Source of the DNA: an uncultured Verrucomicrobiae bacterium
GTDB lineage: Bacteria > Verrucomicrobiota > Verrucomicrobiia > Limisphaerales > Palsa-1400
NCBI GenBank assembly: GCA_963764165.1
Contig: CAVXRD010000002.1
Location: forward strand, 1,568,001 to 1,632,000
DNA: 64,000 nt
Reading direction: 5' to 3'
The notes below the pieces were generated by a model, which had not been told where the DNA came from, made no database searches, and saw only the letters and a list, made by a program, of their open reading frames with translations. A program made the position numbers and the translations under genes. Position 1 is the stretch's first letter. Every line of letters begins with the position of its first letter. Shown here piece by piece: positions 10,612-20,687 of this stretch.

Positions 10612-11118
10612 TCACGCGCGGACTTGGGGCGGGATCACCGATGTTTCCAGAGGCCGGATTTCGTCGCCAATCTTGATTTTCCCGGATCGCACGACTTGCG
10701 CGAGAACGCCCTGGCGTCCAAGCGCCATCGCGGCTTGCAATCCTGGGGCGATCAAATCCATTTTCCGGCACGGCGTTCGAGGTTCGCAAAAATACAGCAC
10801 GGCCTCGCCCACCTTTACCTCGCGGCCCATAAGCGCCATGAGATCAATTCCCTTGGTTTCCATGTTGGAGCGCACCACCCCGGCGGGAATTCCTGGCAGC
10901 TTCAACGCCTGGACGTGTTCGGCAATTTGTTCTCGGGCGATGAGCGTCACTTGGCGCTTGCTCGGTTTCCCGTCGCGGCCTTTTTTTCCGAAGACGCGCG
11001 AATCTCCCTCCAAACCCTTCCCTTCCTCTGCGAAAACTTCTGCCACATCCACGAACGGTTCTCCTCCAACCGGTGGATGCAAATGCAAAGATTCAACACG
11101 TCCGATCTGACTTTTCAC
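10612..11118 (-). CDS. MOSC domain protein
   Basis: GLEGD, RQVTLI, RSNMET, PRTPCRKMD, GVLAQVVRSGKIKIGD. Confidence 0.85.
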   Translation of the reverse strand: MKSQIGRVESLHLHPPVGGEPFVDVAEVFAEEGKGLEGDSRVFGKKGRDGKPSKRQVTLIAREQIAEHVQALKLPGIPAGVVRSNMETKGIDLMALMGREVKVGEAVLYFCEPRTPCRKMDLIAPGLQAAMALGRQGVLAQVVRSGKIKIGDEIRPLETSVIPPQVRA

Positions 11119-11187
11119 GGCGGAAGAATAGCGCGCGGTGATTTGCGAATCGAATCATTTTGATGCCGCGAGGCGCCTGATGGCGTC

Positions 11188-11952
11188 TCACTTTTTCTTG
11201 CCGATATTTATCGCAATCGTTACGCCCGACCGTGGTTCGGGGATGGTGCAGGATTGCTTTCGATATCGTCGCCAGACCCAGCGAGCTGCTGCCTTAATGT
11301 TCGGAACACCCAAATCGTCCAGCGCGCAGGCAAGGTAGAGAACCCAAAACGCCAGCTTGATGTAATTCGAGTGGTACCATGAAATCCAATCACCAACACT
11401 CGAGGCGGCCGAAGCTCCCAAAAGGAAGATGGCCGCCTGCCGAACGATCGGAAGCGCGCAACCCAAAATCCAATCCCAAACCATGTGGAGAATCGAAAAA
11501 TCCGGGATAATGCCCATGAGGAGCGCCGCCACCCACGCGCCAATGGCGTTTCCGATAATGATTCTAAACCAATTTTCCCGCAGATTCTCCAGGATGCGGG
11601 CCGCCCGCTTGCCCACCGAAGCCTCGTGAGTCCGAAGATTGACCCAAAGCGAGTGCGCGAAAAACAGGGCAAATATGCAAATGAGCGGGCCGTTTCCTTC
11701 AATGCGCCACCACTCGTCGTGTGACGGCGAATGATCGCCTTTGGGATTTCCCCATCCACTAAAGCCGGGAGGGGCGGCCGGAATCATATTTCCGGCAAAG
11801 CCGCCCGCAATTCCCAGCGCGACATCGCCTAGGATATAAAATAGCAGGCCGCCGCCAAACGCCTCGAACGCGCTCTCAAAAATGACGCTGAACAGATCCC
11901 GCTTGGGCGCGGATTCCGAATTCGGCGGAGGCGTGCTGGTGGTTTCGGCCAT
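11188..11952 (-). CDS. Hypothetical integral membrane protein
   Basis: Long ORF with 4-5 hydrophobic segments and no recognised family. ATG start chosen at 11952. Confidence 0.65.
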   Translation of the reverse strand: MAETTSTPPPNSESAPKRDLFSVIFESAFEAFGGGLLFYILGDVALGIAGGFAGNMIPAAPPGFSGWGNPKGDHSPSHDEWWRIEGNGPLICIFALFFAHSLWVNLRTHEASVGKRAARILENLRENWFRIIIGNAIGAWVAALLMGIIPDFSILHMVWDWILGCALPIVRQAAIFLLGASAASSVGDWISWYHSNYIKLAFWVLYLACALDDLGVPNIKAAARWVWRRYRKQSCTIPEPRSGVTIAINIGKKK

Positions 11953-12060
11953 GACAAATCGCTGCCCGATGGTAGCCAATTTCCCCCGCCGGGCCATTAC
12001 AATTATGGAGACGTTTTCGAGCGGGGGACGATAAACCAGGCACTCGAAAACGGACTGGCA

Positions 12061-12209
12061 GCCGCAGATGGACCCAGGTCAGCGCGGATGAAAAGAAGTT
12101 CGAAAAAAGCGAAACCTAGGCGCCGGCACTTCATCAATTCAACGGGCCGCCATTTGCCAAAGCAAATCGTCCATCAAAAATTTGCGTTGATCTGCGCCCA
12201 TCTGCGGCG
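12061..12209. repeat. GxxExxY-derived miniature element (degenerate)
   Basis: Forward arm GCCGCAGATG... at 12061 and reverse arm TTTGCGTTGATCTGCGCCCATCTGCGGC at ~12181-12208. The interior TCATCAATT...GGCCGC resembles the GxxExxY 3' end. Confidence 0.6.
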
Positions 12210-12280
12210 TTTTGTCCGGGGGAGGATTAAAAAGGGTGGCGGATGCAGTCCCGCAGGCGGATCGCGGCGGCCGCGTCGCC

Positions 12281-14608
12281 TCACTTATTGGTGTGAACAT
12301 TATTTGTCGCTCCTGGCGGGGCGGGTTTCTCTGCGGCCTGCTCTTTTGCTTTCTCCTGTTCCTTCTCCCTTTCCTTTTCCCTCTCCCGCTCTTTCTCGGC
12401 GGCATCCCATGGAGCCGGTTTTCCGATGGGACCCCATTTTGTGTGCTTGGTCATTTCGTTGAGAAGGCCGACATCCCAAAGGGCCGCAAATATCCAGACC
12501 AGCAGTGCCACGACAATCAGCACCTTCGGCCAAATGGCGGACGCCTCCGCGTAATGATCGTGAATGTCCACCTTGGCCCCCGGCGGCAATTCGGCGATCT
12601 CCGTCAACCGGGTGCCGAACGGAACGTTGATGCGCGCCTTGCTGTTGATGGCCCAGCCGTTGGCGTCAAGTATAGGTCCCAGATTCCGGCGTCGCAATTT
12701 TACGAAGGCCAGCAGCATCGAGGGGCCGGAAATCAGGATCATGATTCCCATGACCAAAAATGGCAGCCGCCAGGCGGGAATTTTTTCAATAAAAGTCAGA
12801 AAGGCCGCCGCGGCCGCCGCGAGGCTTCCCACCGCAACGCTGATCAATGCGACCACGCTCGGATCAAATTTCGATTTGACGGGCGCCGCCCCTGCCGCGG
12901 GGGTGGCCGGATCGGCGGGCGCCGCGGCTGCCGCGGTTGGATTCTGCACCGCGGCGGCAATTGCTTGCGGCGCGGCGGCGTCGGCGGCGGCGGCGCGTTT
13001 CGTCACCTGTTCTTCTATCAGCCGCACAACTTTTTTATAAGGCGACCAGAAGGCTTCGCGCAAACTGATGGGGTTGGGAATGATCTTGGTGATCGTCGCG
13101 TCGTAATCACGCCCTTTGCGGTCGTAGAAAATTCCATTGCGGCCCACCATCAAATTCTGGTCGTCGCCCTGCGAAAACACCGCGACGATGCTCATTTTTT
13201 CAGGGCCGCCCTTCCGTGCGCAATCGGCGTAGGCCAGAAACGCGCCCGCCAATCCCGCCATCTGCGAGTGCCGGTCCGCGTTTTCGACTGTCAAGCAAAG
13301 ATGGCACGCGCGCTGGTCCAGATAGAGCACGCCGACTTGAAAAATCGCGGGGGCTTCGCCGGCGTAAAGATTCTTGAAGTTGACGAAGTTGATGAGCAGC
13401 AGATGCAGGTCGCGGATGTAACGGAGCAATTTCTCAATGTCCGATATCGCCCCCGCCTGCCGTTCGTAGGATTGGTCGACGGCGATCAGCTCGTCAATTT
13501 TGGCGCGGACAGATTCGTCCAGCAGCTCGCGAATGCGATCCTTGCCGAGTTTGGCGACCAGCGCGCCTTCCTGCTTGCTTCGCCAATCGCCGTATCCGCC
13601 GAGCTTGGCTTGCAAGACGGACCAATCCCCCTCCGTCAATAATAATCTGTCTCCCATCAGCGGCTTGATCGCGTCTTCGCGCAGAGCTGAGAGGGCGCTG
13701 GCGTAGGCGGGATTGACTGGGCCCTGCAGCGGCAGCGGCTTGTTTGCGGCAGGTTGGGCCAGCGGAAAACTGGCCAGGGCGGTGGCGTCGCTGTCAATCA
13801 CTCGTTCGGCCACCTCCGCATAATCCTCTTCTTCGCGTCCCACCCACGAAGCGGCTCGCGGATCAAAGGCCGTCCAGCGGCAGCGCGCAAAATAATCGTC
13901 GACCTTCGCCTTGATCGCCTTGACGGCGTCGGCGGCGTCTTCGGTCTTGTCAGCGAGCGGCAGGACGGCGGTGTCGTTTTCGGCCAGGCGATACCACGCG
14001 TCGTAGGCGGCGCACTCCACAAAAAAGGCGTCGCTGCGCTCCTGGTCAATCCCTGGCGCGCCTGAACGGTCCTTCGTCGTCCCCATGCAGCTGGCGATGT
14101 CTTGAATGACGGCGGTGATTCGGCTGTCCTCCGATGACTCGGGCACAATGACGCCATCGCCGTTGAAATACGTGGCGGCGAAAAGTTCCCCCGCATCGGC
14201 CGCTTCGTCGAGCAAAATGGATTCGGCTTCCGGCTTGCCAAGCTGGGCGAGGATGCGGCGGGCGCCCTCGAGAAGTTCAGCGCCCTCGGCGGTCGAATTG
14301 TTGATGGAGGCCAGCGCGAGCGTCTCGCCCCCCGCGATCAACAAGCCCGGATCGTTCAGCATCCCGCAGGCCCAATTCACCGCCGCGAGCAATTCCGGGG
14401 CGCGAATGCGCCCGTTGTGATCGGAGTCAATGAAGGCAGCCGTCTTGGCATCAAACTCGAGGCCGGTGAGCGGGCACGCCAGCGCCACCCACAGCTTCTG
14501 ATCCAACTGGCCCAGGTTTAATAGGTCGTCGCCGGTTTCCAGTTTAACCTGGTCAAACCCGCCCGCCTGAAAAAAACGCCACTGATGTCCTGGAACCTCG
14601 GTTGCCAC
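12281..14608 (-). CDS. Hypothetical membrane-anchored protein with EF-hand-like loop
   Basis: 775-aa ORF. DSDHNGRIRAPE fits the 12-residue EF-hand loop. Three C-terminal TM segments and a charged tail. Confidence 0.8.
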   Translation of the reverse strand: MATEVPGHQWRFFQAGGFDQVKLETGDDLLNLGQLDQKLWVALACPLTGLEFDAKTAAFIDSDHNGRIRAPELLAAVNWACGMLNDPGLLIAGGETLALASINNSTAEGAELLEGARRILAQLGKPEAESILLDEAADAGELFAATYFNGDGVIVPESSEDSRITAVIQDIASCMGTTKDRSGAPGIDQERSDAFFVECAAYDAWYRLAENDTAVLPLADKTEDAADAVKAIKAKVDDYFARCRWTAFDPRAASWVGREEEDYAEVAERVIDSDATALASFPLAQPAANKPLPLQGPVNPAYASALSALREDAIKPLMGDRLLLTEGDWSVLQAKLGGYGDWRSKQEGALVAKLGKDRIRELLDESVRAKIDELIAVDQSYERQAGAISDIEKLLRYIRDLHLLLINFVNFKNLYAGEAPAIFQVGVLYLDQRACHLCLTVENADRHSQMAGLAGAFLAYADCARKGGPEKMSIVAVFSQGDDQNLMVGRNGIFYDRKGRDYDATITKIIPNPISLREAFWSPYKKVVRLIEEQVTKRAAAADAAAPQAIAAAVQNPTAAAAAPADPATPAAGAAPVKSKFDPSVVALISVAVGSLAAAAAAFLTFIEKIPAWRLPFLVMGIMILISGPSMLLAFVKLRRRNLGPILDANGWAINSKARINVPFGTRLTEIAELPPGAKVDIHDHYAEASAIWPKVLIVVALLVWIFAALWDVGLLNEMTKHTKWGPIGKPAPWDAAEKEREREKEREKEQEKAKEQAAEKPAPPGATNNVHTNK

Positions 14609-14616
14609 TCCAAAAC

Positions 14617-15444
14617 CTAAAACTTATAGGCCAGCGCCGCAATGATTTTCAGGTCGTTGCGAAGCCTTCCGGCGGCAGGGTCGTTGACATAACTGTCGCG
14701 CACCACCGTCCGCAGGCTCAGCTTGTTGCCTTTGGTCAATCCAGCGTCAATGCCTGTCTCGAAATTCACGATATAGTTGCCAAAGTTGTCCACCTGCGGC
14801 AAATATTCAATTGTTTCCCACACTTTTGCGTGGGCGCTGAGGGTGTAATGGAACTGCTGGGCAATGCGCAGGGTGGCAAAACTCTCGGTCCTTCCATCAA
14901 GCTGTTCTTTAATGTAACCCGGCCCAACTTCCGCGCTCAGATCCACGATTTTATTAGTGACAAAAAAATAGCCGAGGCCGGGCGCAAGCGTCAGGCGGTA
15001 TTTGATGTCTGCGATGCCGTCGTGGAATCCGTCAATGCGGCCGAAACCGTAGAATCCATTTTCAAAAGTGCGATTATACTGCGCAAATCCGTGCAAAACC
15101 TCGGCCGTTTCCGTGTCCTTGGCCTCGTTGGGCTGCTTTGATTCGCCGTAGAGGCCGTCGGCTTCCAGAGTCAAAGCGTTCTTGAGCCATTTATGCTCGG
15201 TGGTGGCGCTGGCGGAGGCGAGCGTCGTGTCCGTGTTGCCGCGGGCGACCGTAATGCCAAATGCAATCGTGGTTTTCCATGAATTCGTCGGAGTGACGAC
15301 TGCCGGCACCTTTCCCAGCGCATTGGTGGAGGCCGTGTTGGTCGAAGTGGAGGCGGTGGTGCTGGTCTGGGCATGCGAGCAGGCGGCGCCGGCAATAAGA
15401 AGCATTGCGGCCGCCCATTGGGAGACTTTTGTTCTGTTGATCAT
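14617..15444 (-). CDS. DUF481-like outer-membrane beta-barrel protein
   Basis: Signal peptide, ARGNTDT motif, alternating beta-strand pattern and C-terminal LAYKF. Confidence 0.8.
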   Translation of the reverse strand: MINRTKVSQWAAAMLLIAGAACSHAQTSTTASTSTNTASTNALGKVPAVVTPTNSWKTTIAFGITVARGNTDTTLASASATTEHKWLKNALTLEADGLYGESKQPNEAKDTETAEVLHGFAQYNRTFENGFYGFGRIDGFHDGIADIKYRLTLAPGLGYFFVTNKIVDLSAEVGPGYIKEQLDGRTESFATLRIAQQFHYTLSAHAKVWETIEYLPQVDNFGNYIVNFETGIDAGLTKGNKLSLRTVVRDSYVNDPAAGRLRNDLKIIAALAYKF

Positions 15445-15712
15445 ATTAAGCATTGGCTGAACGCGCGAAAGCGGGCTGCCTCGCGTTATTCTTGACATCG
15501 GCCTCCGGCCAGAATTTCCTCAATTGCTGGCCCGGGCCGAGCACGATACGAATTCAAGAACGCACGGGACAAGCAGTTTATTCAACTTTTCTTGATGACG
15601 AATACGGACGCCGCTTTGGTTTCTTGCAAATTATATTCTTAGCGTCAAAAACACAAAGACGGAGCCCGCAAGCAGGCTCCGCCATCCAGCCATCGAAAAG
15701 GCAATGGCGCTT

Positions 15713-16120
15713 CTACGCCATGGCTTCCGCCAATTGCGGCTCTTTTGCGGCTTCCTTCATCATCGGACACTCGGCCATTAATTGCCGGACTTCGACTTTG
15801 ACGCCAAAGGGAAGACCCGGGCATTGCTGGGCGATTGCCACCGCCTCCTCCATGGCGCCGACAGTCAAGAGGAAATATCCGCCGATGGCTTCCTTGGACT
15901 CCGCAAACGGGCCATCCGCAATGACGCGTCCGCCCTTGCCGGAGATGACTTTGCCGCTGCATTCCAGAGGGCTGGCGCCGGCCACCTTGCCGTCCGCTGA
16001 CAACTGGCGAAACCACGCGCCCCAATCGGCGGCGACTTGCTGCGCCTGTTCGGGCGACACGGTTTTATACCAGTCTGTGCCGCGAAACAGGAGCATGAAT
16101 TCATTTCTTTCTGCGTTCAT
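15713..16120 (-). CDS. YciI/DGPF family protein
   Basis: DGPFAESKEAIGGYFLL ... VEVR motif. Confidence 0.9.
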   Translation of the reverse strand: MNAERNEFMLLFRGTDWYKTVSPEQAQQVAADWGAWFRQLSADGKVAGASPLECSGKVISGKGGRVIADGPFAESKEAIGGYFLLTVGAMEEAVAIAQQCPGLPFGVKVEVRQLMAECPMMKEAAKEPQLAEAMA

Positions 16121-16177
16121 ATTATTTGATGCCTTTCTGATTTTGTTTTTTGAGGTTGATCGTCTTCTGCATGCAAG

Positions 16178-16204
16178 AACGAATGGAAAGTTCGATTTGG
16201 GACA
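16178..16204 (-). promoter_or_regulatory. Putative ECF42-type promoter upstream of the DGPF gene
   Basis: Minus strand TGTCCC-N17-CGTT, matching the motif upstream of the VOC gene. Confidence 0.6.
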
Positions 16205-16220
16205 GCGATTTTATTATATT

Positions 16221-16610
16221 TTATTTTGCTTTCGGATTCATTTCCCAGAGCGCAAAGGTATTTTTCTCCGTATCCTGGCAGATGGCAAGATAGCCCATCC
16301 CCGGAACGGCGGTCTTCGGCTTGCAGATGGCGCCGCCAAGCTTTTGCACCTTGGCCATGAATTTCGTCACGGACGGGACGGCAACGTAGTTGGTAATGGT
16401 CTGCGTGGTGTGCATCCGTTTCATCAACCCGCCGTCGGGTGAAGCATCGTCTCCAGCGGTGTCAATGTGATGATACTCCTCCATATGCGGCAGCGGATTG
16501 ATCTCCCAGCCGAACAATTTTCCGTAAAACGCCTTGGCCCGCGCGGTGTCATCCGCCGGAATTTCAAACCAGACAATGCCATGTGCAGTCTTCTTCTTTG
16601 ATGCGCTCAT
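16221..16610 (-). CDS. VOC/glyoxalase family protein
   Basis: IVWFEIPADD..RAKAFY..LFGW and GYLAICQDTEKNTFALWE. Confidence 0.9.
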   Translation of the reverse strand: MSASKKKTAHGIVWFEIPADDTARAKAFYGKLFGWEINPLPHMEEYHHIDTAGDDASPDGGLMKRMHTTQTITNYVAVPSVTKFMAKVQKLGGAICKPKTAVPGMGYLAICQDTEKNTFALWEMNPKAK

Positions 16611-16655
16611 TCAGTTTTCTTTCGTTCTTTGTTTAATATCCCTGCCTATAAATAT

Positions 16656-16682
16656 GACGAACGGAAATCGCCAATTTGGACA
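16656..16682 (-). promoter_or_regulatory. Putative ECF42-type promoter upstream of the VOC gene
   Basis: Minus strand TGTCCA-N17-CGTC. Confidence 0.6.
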
Positions 16683-16756
16683 CCTTGCGAACAACTGTCC
16701 GCATCATCATGCAGACGTCTTCGTTAACTTGGCTCCCTCATGTCTAAAATCCTCGT

Positions 16757-18043
16757 TTAACCTGCCCCATGCTCCGCCGCCTCGCATTCCTTCAATCGTT
16801 GGGCGAGCAACATCTGCTCGGACTTCGTCGAAACCAGCTCCAACGCCCTGCGAAAATGCGCAATCGCGTCAGGCCAGTGTTTCAATTGCGATTCAAATTC
16901 GCCAAGAATCGTGTGGAACAGATAATACTCGCCAAGCGATTCGGCGCGGGCCATCGCGCGAATGGCCTCAAGCCCAGCTTGCGGCCCGTGAACTTCCGCC
17001 ACCGCCACCGCGCGATTCAGCGCGACAACAGGGGAGCCATCCATTTCCAATAGCCGGTCATACAGCGCTAGAATCTGCCGCCAATCCGTCGCGGCATAGT
17101 CTCGCGCCATGCAATGGCAGGCGGAAATGCCCGCCTGCAAATGATAGGCGCCGAGTTCCCCGCCGGCCGCCGAGCGCGCCAGATGCGCCATGCCGCCGGC
17201 AATCATGGTTTGATTCCAGCGCGAGCGATCCTGGTCGCGCAGGCGCAGCAGATTTCCCTTCGCATCGACCCGCGCCGCGGCGCGCGATCCATTGAGCAGC
17301 ATCAACGCCAGCAGCGCGTGGGTTCTGGGATGGCTGCCGGCGGGATGTTCCGCGAGCATCCCTGTCAATCGAATCGCCTCCGCGCAAACGTCATCGCGTA
17401 TCAACGCCTCGCCGCCCGATGCCTTGTAACCTTCGTTGAACATCAAATAGAGCGATTGCAAAACGGCGTCCAGCCGCTGGGTCAACTCAGCGCCGCTCGG
17501 GATTTCGAATCGGATATTGGCGTCGTGGATTTTCTGCTTGGCGCGAGTGAGGCGCTTGGCAATGGCGGCATCGGTGGTGAGAAAGGCATGCGCAATTTCC
17601 GTGACGCTGAAACCGCCAAGCGTTTTGAGCGCCAGCGCCACTTGCGCCTCGGGCGGAATCGCCGGATGGCAGCAGACAAACATCATGCGCAGGCGGTCGT
17701 CGGCAATTTCCTGCTCGCGCCCGGACATAATTCCGCCCGAAGGGCTTTCGCTCTCCACCAGCCTCGCAATTTCCGGCTCCTTTTCGCGGAACACTTTTTG
17801 GCGGCGAACGACGTCCAGCGCAAGGTTGCGCGCGACACGCATGAGCCACGCGGAAGGATTTTTGGGAACGCCATAAAACGGCCACGTCTGCAGCGCGCGG
17901 GCCAGCGCCTCCTGCACGACGTCCTCCGCCAGCGCGAGATGCTCGAGGCCAAAAATGCGCGTCAGCGTCGCAACCATTTTGGCCGACTCATGGCGGAAGA
18001 GATGTTCCACCACTTCAAATGTTTCAGATTTCTCGCTGCTCAT
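16757..18043 (-). CDS. ECF sigma factor with C-terminal TPR extension (ECF42-type)
   Basis: AEDVVQEA, DDRLRMMFVCCHP, LYLMFNEGY, YHLQAGI, SPVVALNRAVA. Adjacent DGPF gene. Confidence 0.9.
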   Translation of the reverse strand: MSSEKSETFEVVEHLFRHESAKMVATLTRIFGLEHLALAEDVVQEALARALQTWPFYGVPKNPSAWLMRVARNLALDVVRRQKVFREKEPEIARLVESESPSGGIMSGREQEIADDRLRMMFVCCHPAIPPEAQVALALKTLGGFSVTEIAHAFLTTDAAIAKRLTRAKQKIHDANIRFEIPSGAELTQRLDAVLQSLYLMFNEGYKASGGEALIRDDVCAEAIRLTGMLAEHPAGSHPRTHALLALMLLNGSRAAARVDAKGNLLRLRDQDRSRWNQTMIAGGMAHLARSAAGGELGAYHLQAGISACHCMARDYAATDWRQILALYDRLLEMDGSPVVALNRAVAVAEVHGPQAGLEAIRAMARAESLGEYYLFHTILGEFESQLKHWPDAIAHFRRALELVSTKSEQMLLAQRLKECEAAEHGAG

Positions 18044-18147
18044 GGAACCGATGGAATTTCACGCCAGAATTTCCTCAATGCCTTTAACGCATCAAACAAG
18101 TTAGGCAAATCAACATCAGAAAAACACGAGTAAAATAAAAATTTGAA

Positions 18148-18227
18148 GCCACAGATGCGCATGGATGACTCATGTTTTCGATGAGGGGAACCGGGGCGCC
18201 GAGAGATGACCCGCCTTTACTGTGGCT
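18148..18227. repeat. Degenerate CACAGAT-family element overlapping the obgE stop
   Basis: GCCACAGATGCGCACGGATG at 18148. The opposite arm CTGTGGCT at ~18220-18227 encodes the last obgE codons. Confidence 0.5.
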
Positions 18228-19388
18228 GTTCCGAAGTCTCGATGATCGTGCGAATGGACTTTTTGAAGAGCGCCAATCCTTCATCGAACGCGGCGGAAAT
18301 CGGCATGATTTTGACGCGGCGGATTTTCGTCTTGAAGCGCTTCAAATTTTTCTCAAACGACGGCTCGTCCATTTTGTTGGCCACCACCAGGCGCGGCTTG
18401 TCAAGCAGCGCGGGATCGTAAAGCTCCAGTTCCTTGAGCAACTGCCGATAGTCATCCTCGGCTTTGCGCCCATCTGTGCCCGCCATATCCAGCAGGATGA
18501 TGAGCAATTTGCAGCGCTCGATGTGGCGGAGAAATTGGTGGCCAAGCCCGTGATTCTCGTGCGCCCCCTCGATCAATCCCGGGACATCGCAAACGGTAAG
18601 GCGATAAAAATCCGGATATTCGACGATGCCAATCTGCGGCGTCAGCGTCGTGAAGGGATACGGCGCGACTTTCGGACGCGCCTTGGAAATGGCCGCCAGC
18701 AGCGTTGACTTTCCGGCATTCGGGTACCCGACCAAGCCGACTTGCGCAATGGTGCGAAGCTCGAAGCGGTAATTCCCTTCCGAGCCCGGTTCACCGGGCT
18801 GCGCGAAGCGCGGAGTTTGGCGCCGCGCCGTCGCAAAATTCCTGTTCCCCAATCCGCCGCGACCGCCCTTGCACAACACAAATTGCTGGCCGTCTTCCGT
18901 CAAATCCGCCACCAGCTCGCCCTTCATCATGGGCTGCGGCGCCTGCGGTTCCTCTTCTTCGAGATTAATTTCCGTGGCGCGCTCCAATCCGGCGGTGCGA
19001 ATGATCGGCCGCCGGTGGAGGCGGGAAGAATGCGCGGCGGCTCGTCATCGTCGTCGTCATCATCGCCCTCGGGAGCGGGCGGCGCAGTTACTTCCATGAG
19101 CCATACCAGCGTCCCGCACGGAACCTTTACGATCAAATCTTTGCCGGCGATGCCGTCCATCCCTTTTCCCTTGCCCTGTTCGCCATCTTCGGCAATGAGC
19201 CGGGGATTATAGAATTGGTTGACGAGATTGTTGAGATCGTCGTCAGCTTGGAGAATGACGCTGCCGCCACGCCCGCCGTTGCCGCCGCTCGGGCCACCCT
19301 TGGGCCGAAACGTCTCCCGAAGAAAAGCCACGGCTCCCTTGCCGCCGTGACCCGCCTTGGCATAAATTTTTACTTCATCAACAAACAT
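18217..19388 (-). CDS. obgE: GTPase ObgE/CgtA, split by a 1-bp frameshift near 19003-19014
   Basis: The N-part (FVDEVKI..AGHGG..GGPSGGNGGRGG) and C-part (GLVGYPNAGKST, YPFTTL, DVPGLIEGA, NKMD) are in different frames. Conserved order rplU-rpmA-obgE. Confidence 0.92.
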
Positions 19389-19403
19389 TCAATCGTTCCA
19401 AAA

Positions 19404-19429
19404 CGGCTCGGCAGGAGCCTCGCCCTACC
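19404..19429. repeat. Single GTAG-family REP-like palindrome
   Basis: Minus strand GGTAGGGCGAGGCTCCTGCCGAGCC. Related halves at ~3667-3680 and ~3859-3870. Confidence 0.55.
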
Positions 19430-19460
19430 GCGCCTCACCATTCCCCTCCATGCCGCAAAT

Positions 19461-19488
19461 AAAAAAGGCGAGGCCTTGCAACCTCGCC
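19461..19488 (-). terminator. Rho-independent terminator after rpmA
   Basis: Minus strand GGCGAGG-loop-CCTCGCC followed by TTTTTT. Confidence 0.7.
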
Positions 19489-19529
19489 AGCCCCCGCGCC
19501 CTTTATTCCCGGAGGAAAATTCTCACTAA

Positions 19530-19805
19530 CTAATTAGTGGCAGCTTTTGCTTCCGCTTGAGCTTCCGGCGTCACATTGACGCGGCGGCTCTGCTTGTCGA
19601 ACAGCACGCGGCCGTCGATAAGCGCAAAAAGTGTCCAATCGCGGCCGGTGCCGACATTGTGCCCGGCGATGAACTTGGAGCCGCGCTGGCGGACGAGGAT
19701 GCTGCCGGCGGTGACCAATTGCCCGCCAAATTCCTTGACGCCGAGGCGCTTGCTGACGCTGTCGCGTCCATTGCGAACGCTGCCTTGACCTTTCTTATGT
19801 GCCAT
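19530..19805 (-). CDS. rpmA: 50S ribosomal protein L27
   Basis: [24 protein letters not shown]. Confidence 0.98.
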   Translation of the reverse strand: MAHKKGQGSVRNGRDSVSKRLGVKEFGGQLVTAGSILVRQRGSKFIAGHNVGTGRDWTLFALIDGRVLFDKQSRRVNVTPEAQAEAKAATN

Positions 19806-19816
19806 AAAATCTGCTC

Positions 19817-20128
19817 TTAGAGTTTAATTTCCTTGATCTTGATCACCGACAATTCGGCGCGGGACCCGATCTTCTTGTGATAGCCCTTGCGGCGCTTCAT
19901 CTTGAACGCGACTTTCTTTTCGCCGCGAATATGTTCCACCACATCCGCTTCCACGGTGATCTTCGCGAGGGACGCGAGGTCCGACGTGAATTTGCCGTCG
20001 TTGGCGACGAGCAGCACACGTTGGAACGTGAAAGGCTTGCCCGCTTCCGCGGACACACGATCGACTTGGATCGTGTCACCCGCGGTGACGCGATACTGTT
20101 TGCTTCCGGTTTCGATTACAGCGTACAT
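19817..20128 (-). CDS. rplU: 50S ribosomal protein L21
   Basis: [14 protein letters not shown] ... [14 protein letters not shown]. Confidence 0.98.
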   Translation of the reverse strand: MYAVIETGSKQYRVTAGDTIQVDRVSAEAGKPFTFQRVLLVANDGKFTSDLASLAKITVEADVVEHIRGEKKVAFKMKRRKGYHKKIGSRAELSVIKIKEIKL

Positions 20129-20366
20129 AAGACCAATTTCAAAAAAGGAGCGTTATTCACTCAAATTGCGCCCCTTATGTCAACCCTTTCTTCCACATTT
20201 TGCAGAACTTTCTTCACCAAACCCCATAAATATGCTGATAATCAACATATTACGCGCAATATAGCGTATTCCCGGAGATCCGCAACGGGAGTAATGTAAA
20301 GATTGGGTAAGGATTTCACCCCAAAAGAGCCGATGATCCCCTTACCCGGAACGGTGGAGATAGTTT

Positions 20367-20511
20367 GGGGAGCGCACGTCCCGCCTTGGCGGGATGCCGT
20401 GTTCCGCGCCCTCGCGGAATACATTTGGGCCGGCCCCATCAGTGCGATCCATTTGCCAAGGGCGACTGGCGGGGCGCCAGTCGTCCACACCCGAGGGCGG
20501 GTGTGCTCCCC
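20367..20511. repeat. Multi-hairpin REP-like element
   Basis: Termini GGGGAGCGCAC / GTGTGCTCCCC enclose four internal GC-rich hairpins. Confidence 0.65.
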
Positions 20512-20655
20512 GGAAATGAACCGCATCGCTCCGGCCTGGCCGGTCAAATAGTGCCATAACCTCAAAAATCTGGGTGCAATAATCGCGGTAAAAGCAGAGG
20601 GTGCAATAGGGTGCAATAGAGTGAAACGGTTTTTGCCCGGCGAGACCCGGTTGAA

Positions 20656-20687
20656 TGTTCCTCTGCGCACTCATCTTCTCTGCGCGA
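20656..20687. repeat. Dispersed 32-bp repeat, family C
   Basis: TGTTCCTCTGCGCACTCATCTTCTCTGCGCGA, with a copy (1 mismatch) at 39799-39830. Confidence 0.75.

Noticed and set aside
18990..19020. Programmed frameshift in obgE
   Set aside because: No slippery heptamer or evident stimulator. Other single-base indels in the window point to sequencing error.
20155..20183. Sigma70 promoter for rplU (TTGACA on the minus strand)
   Set aside because: The -35 is perfect but there is no convincing -10 at 16-18 bp, so it was not called as a feature.
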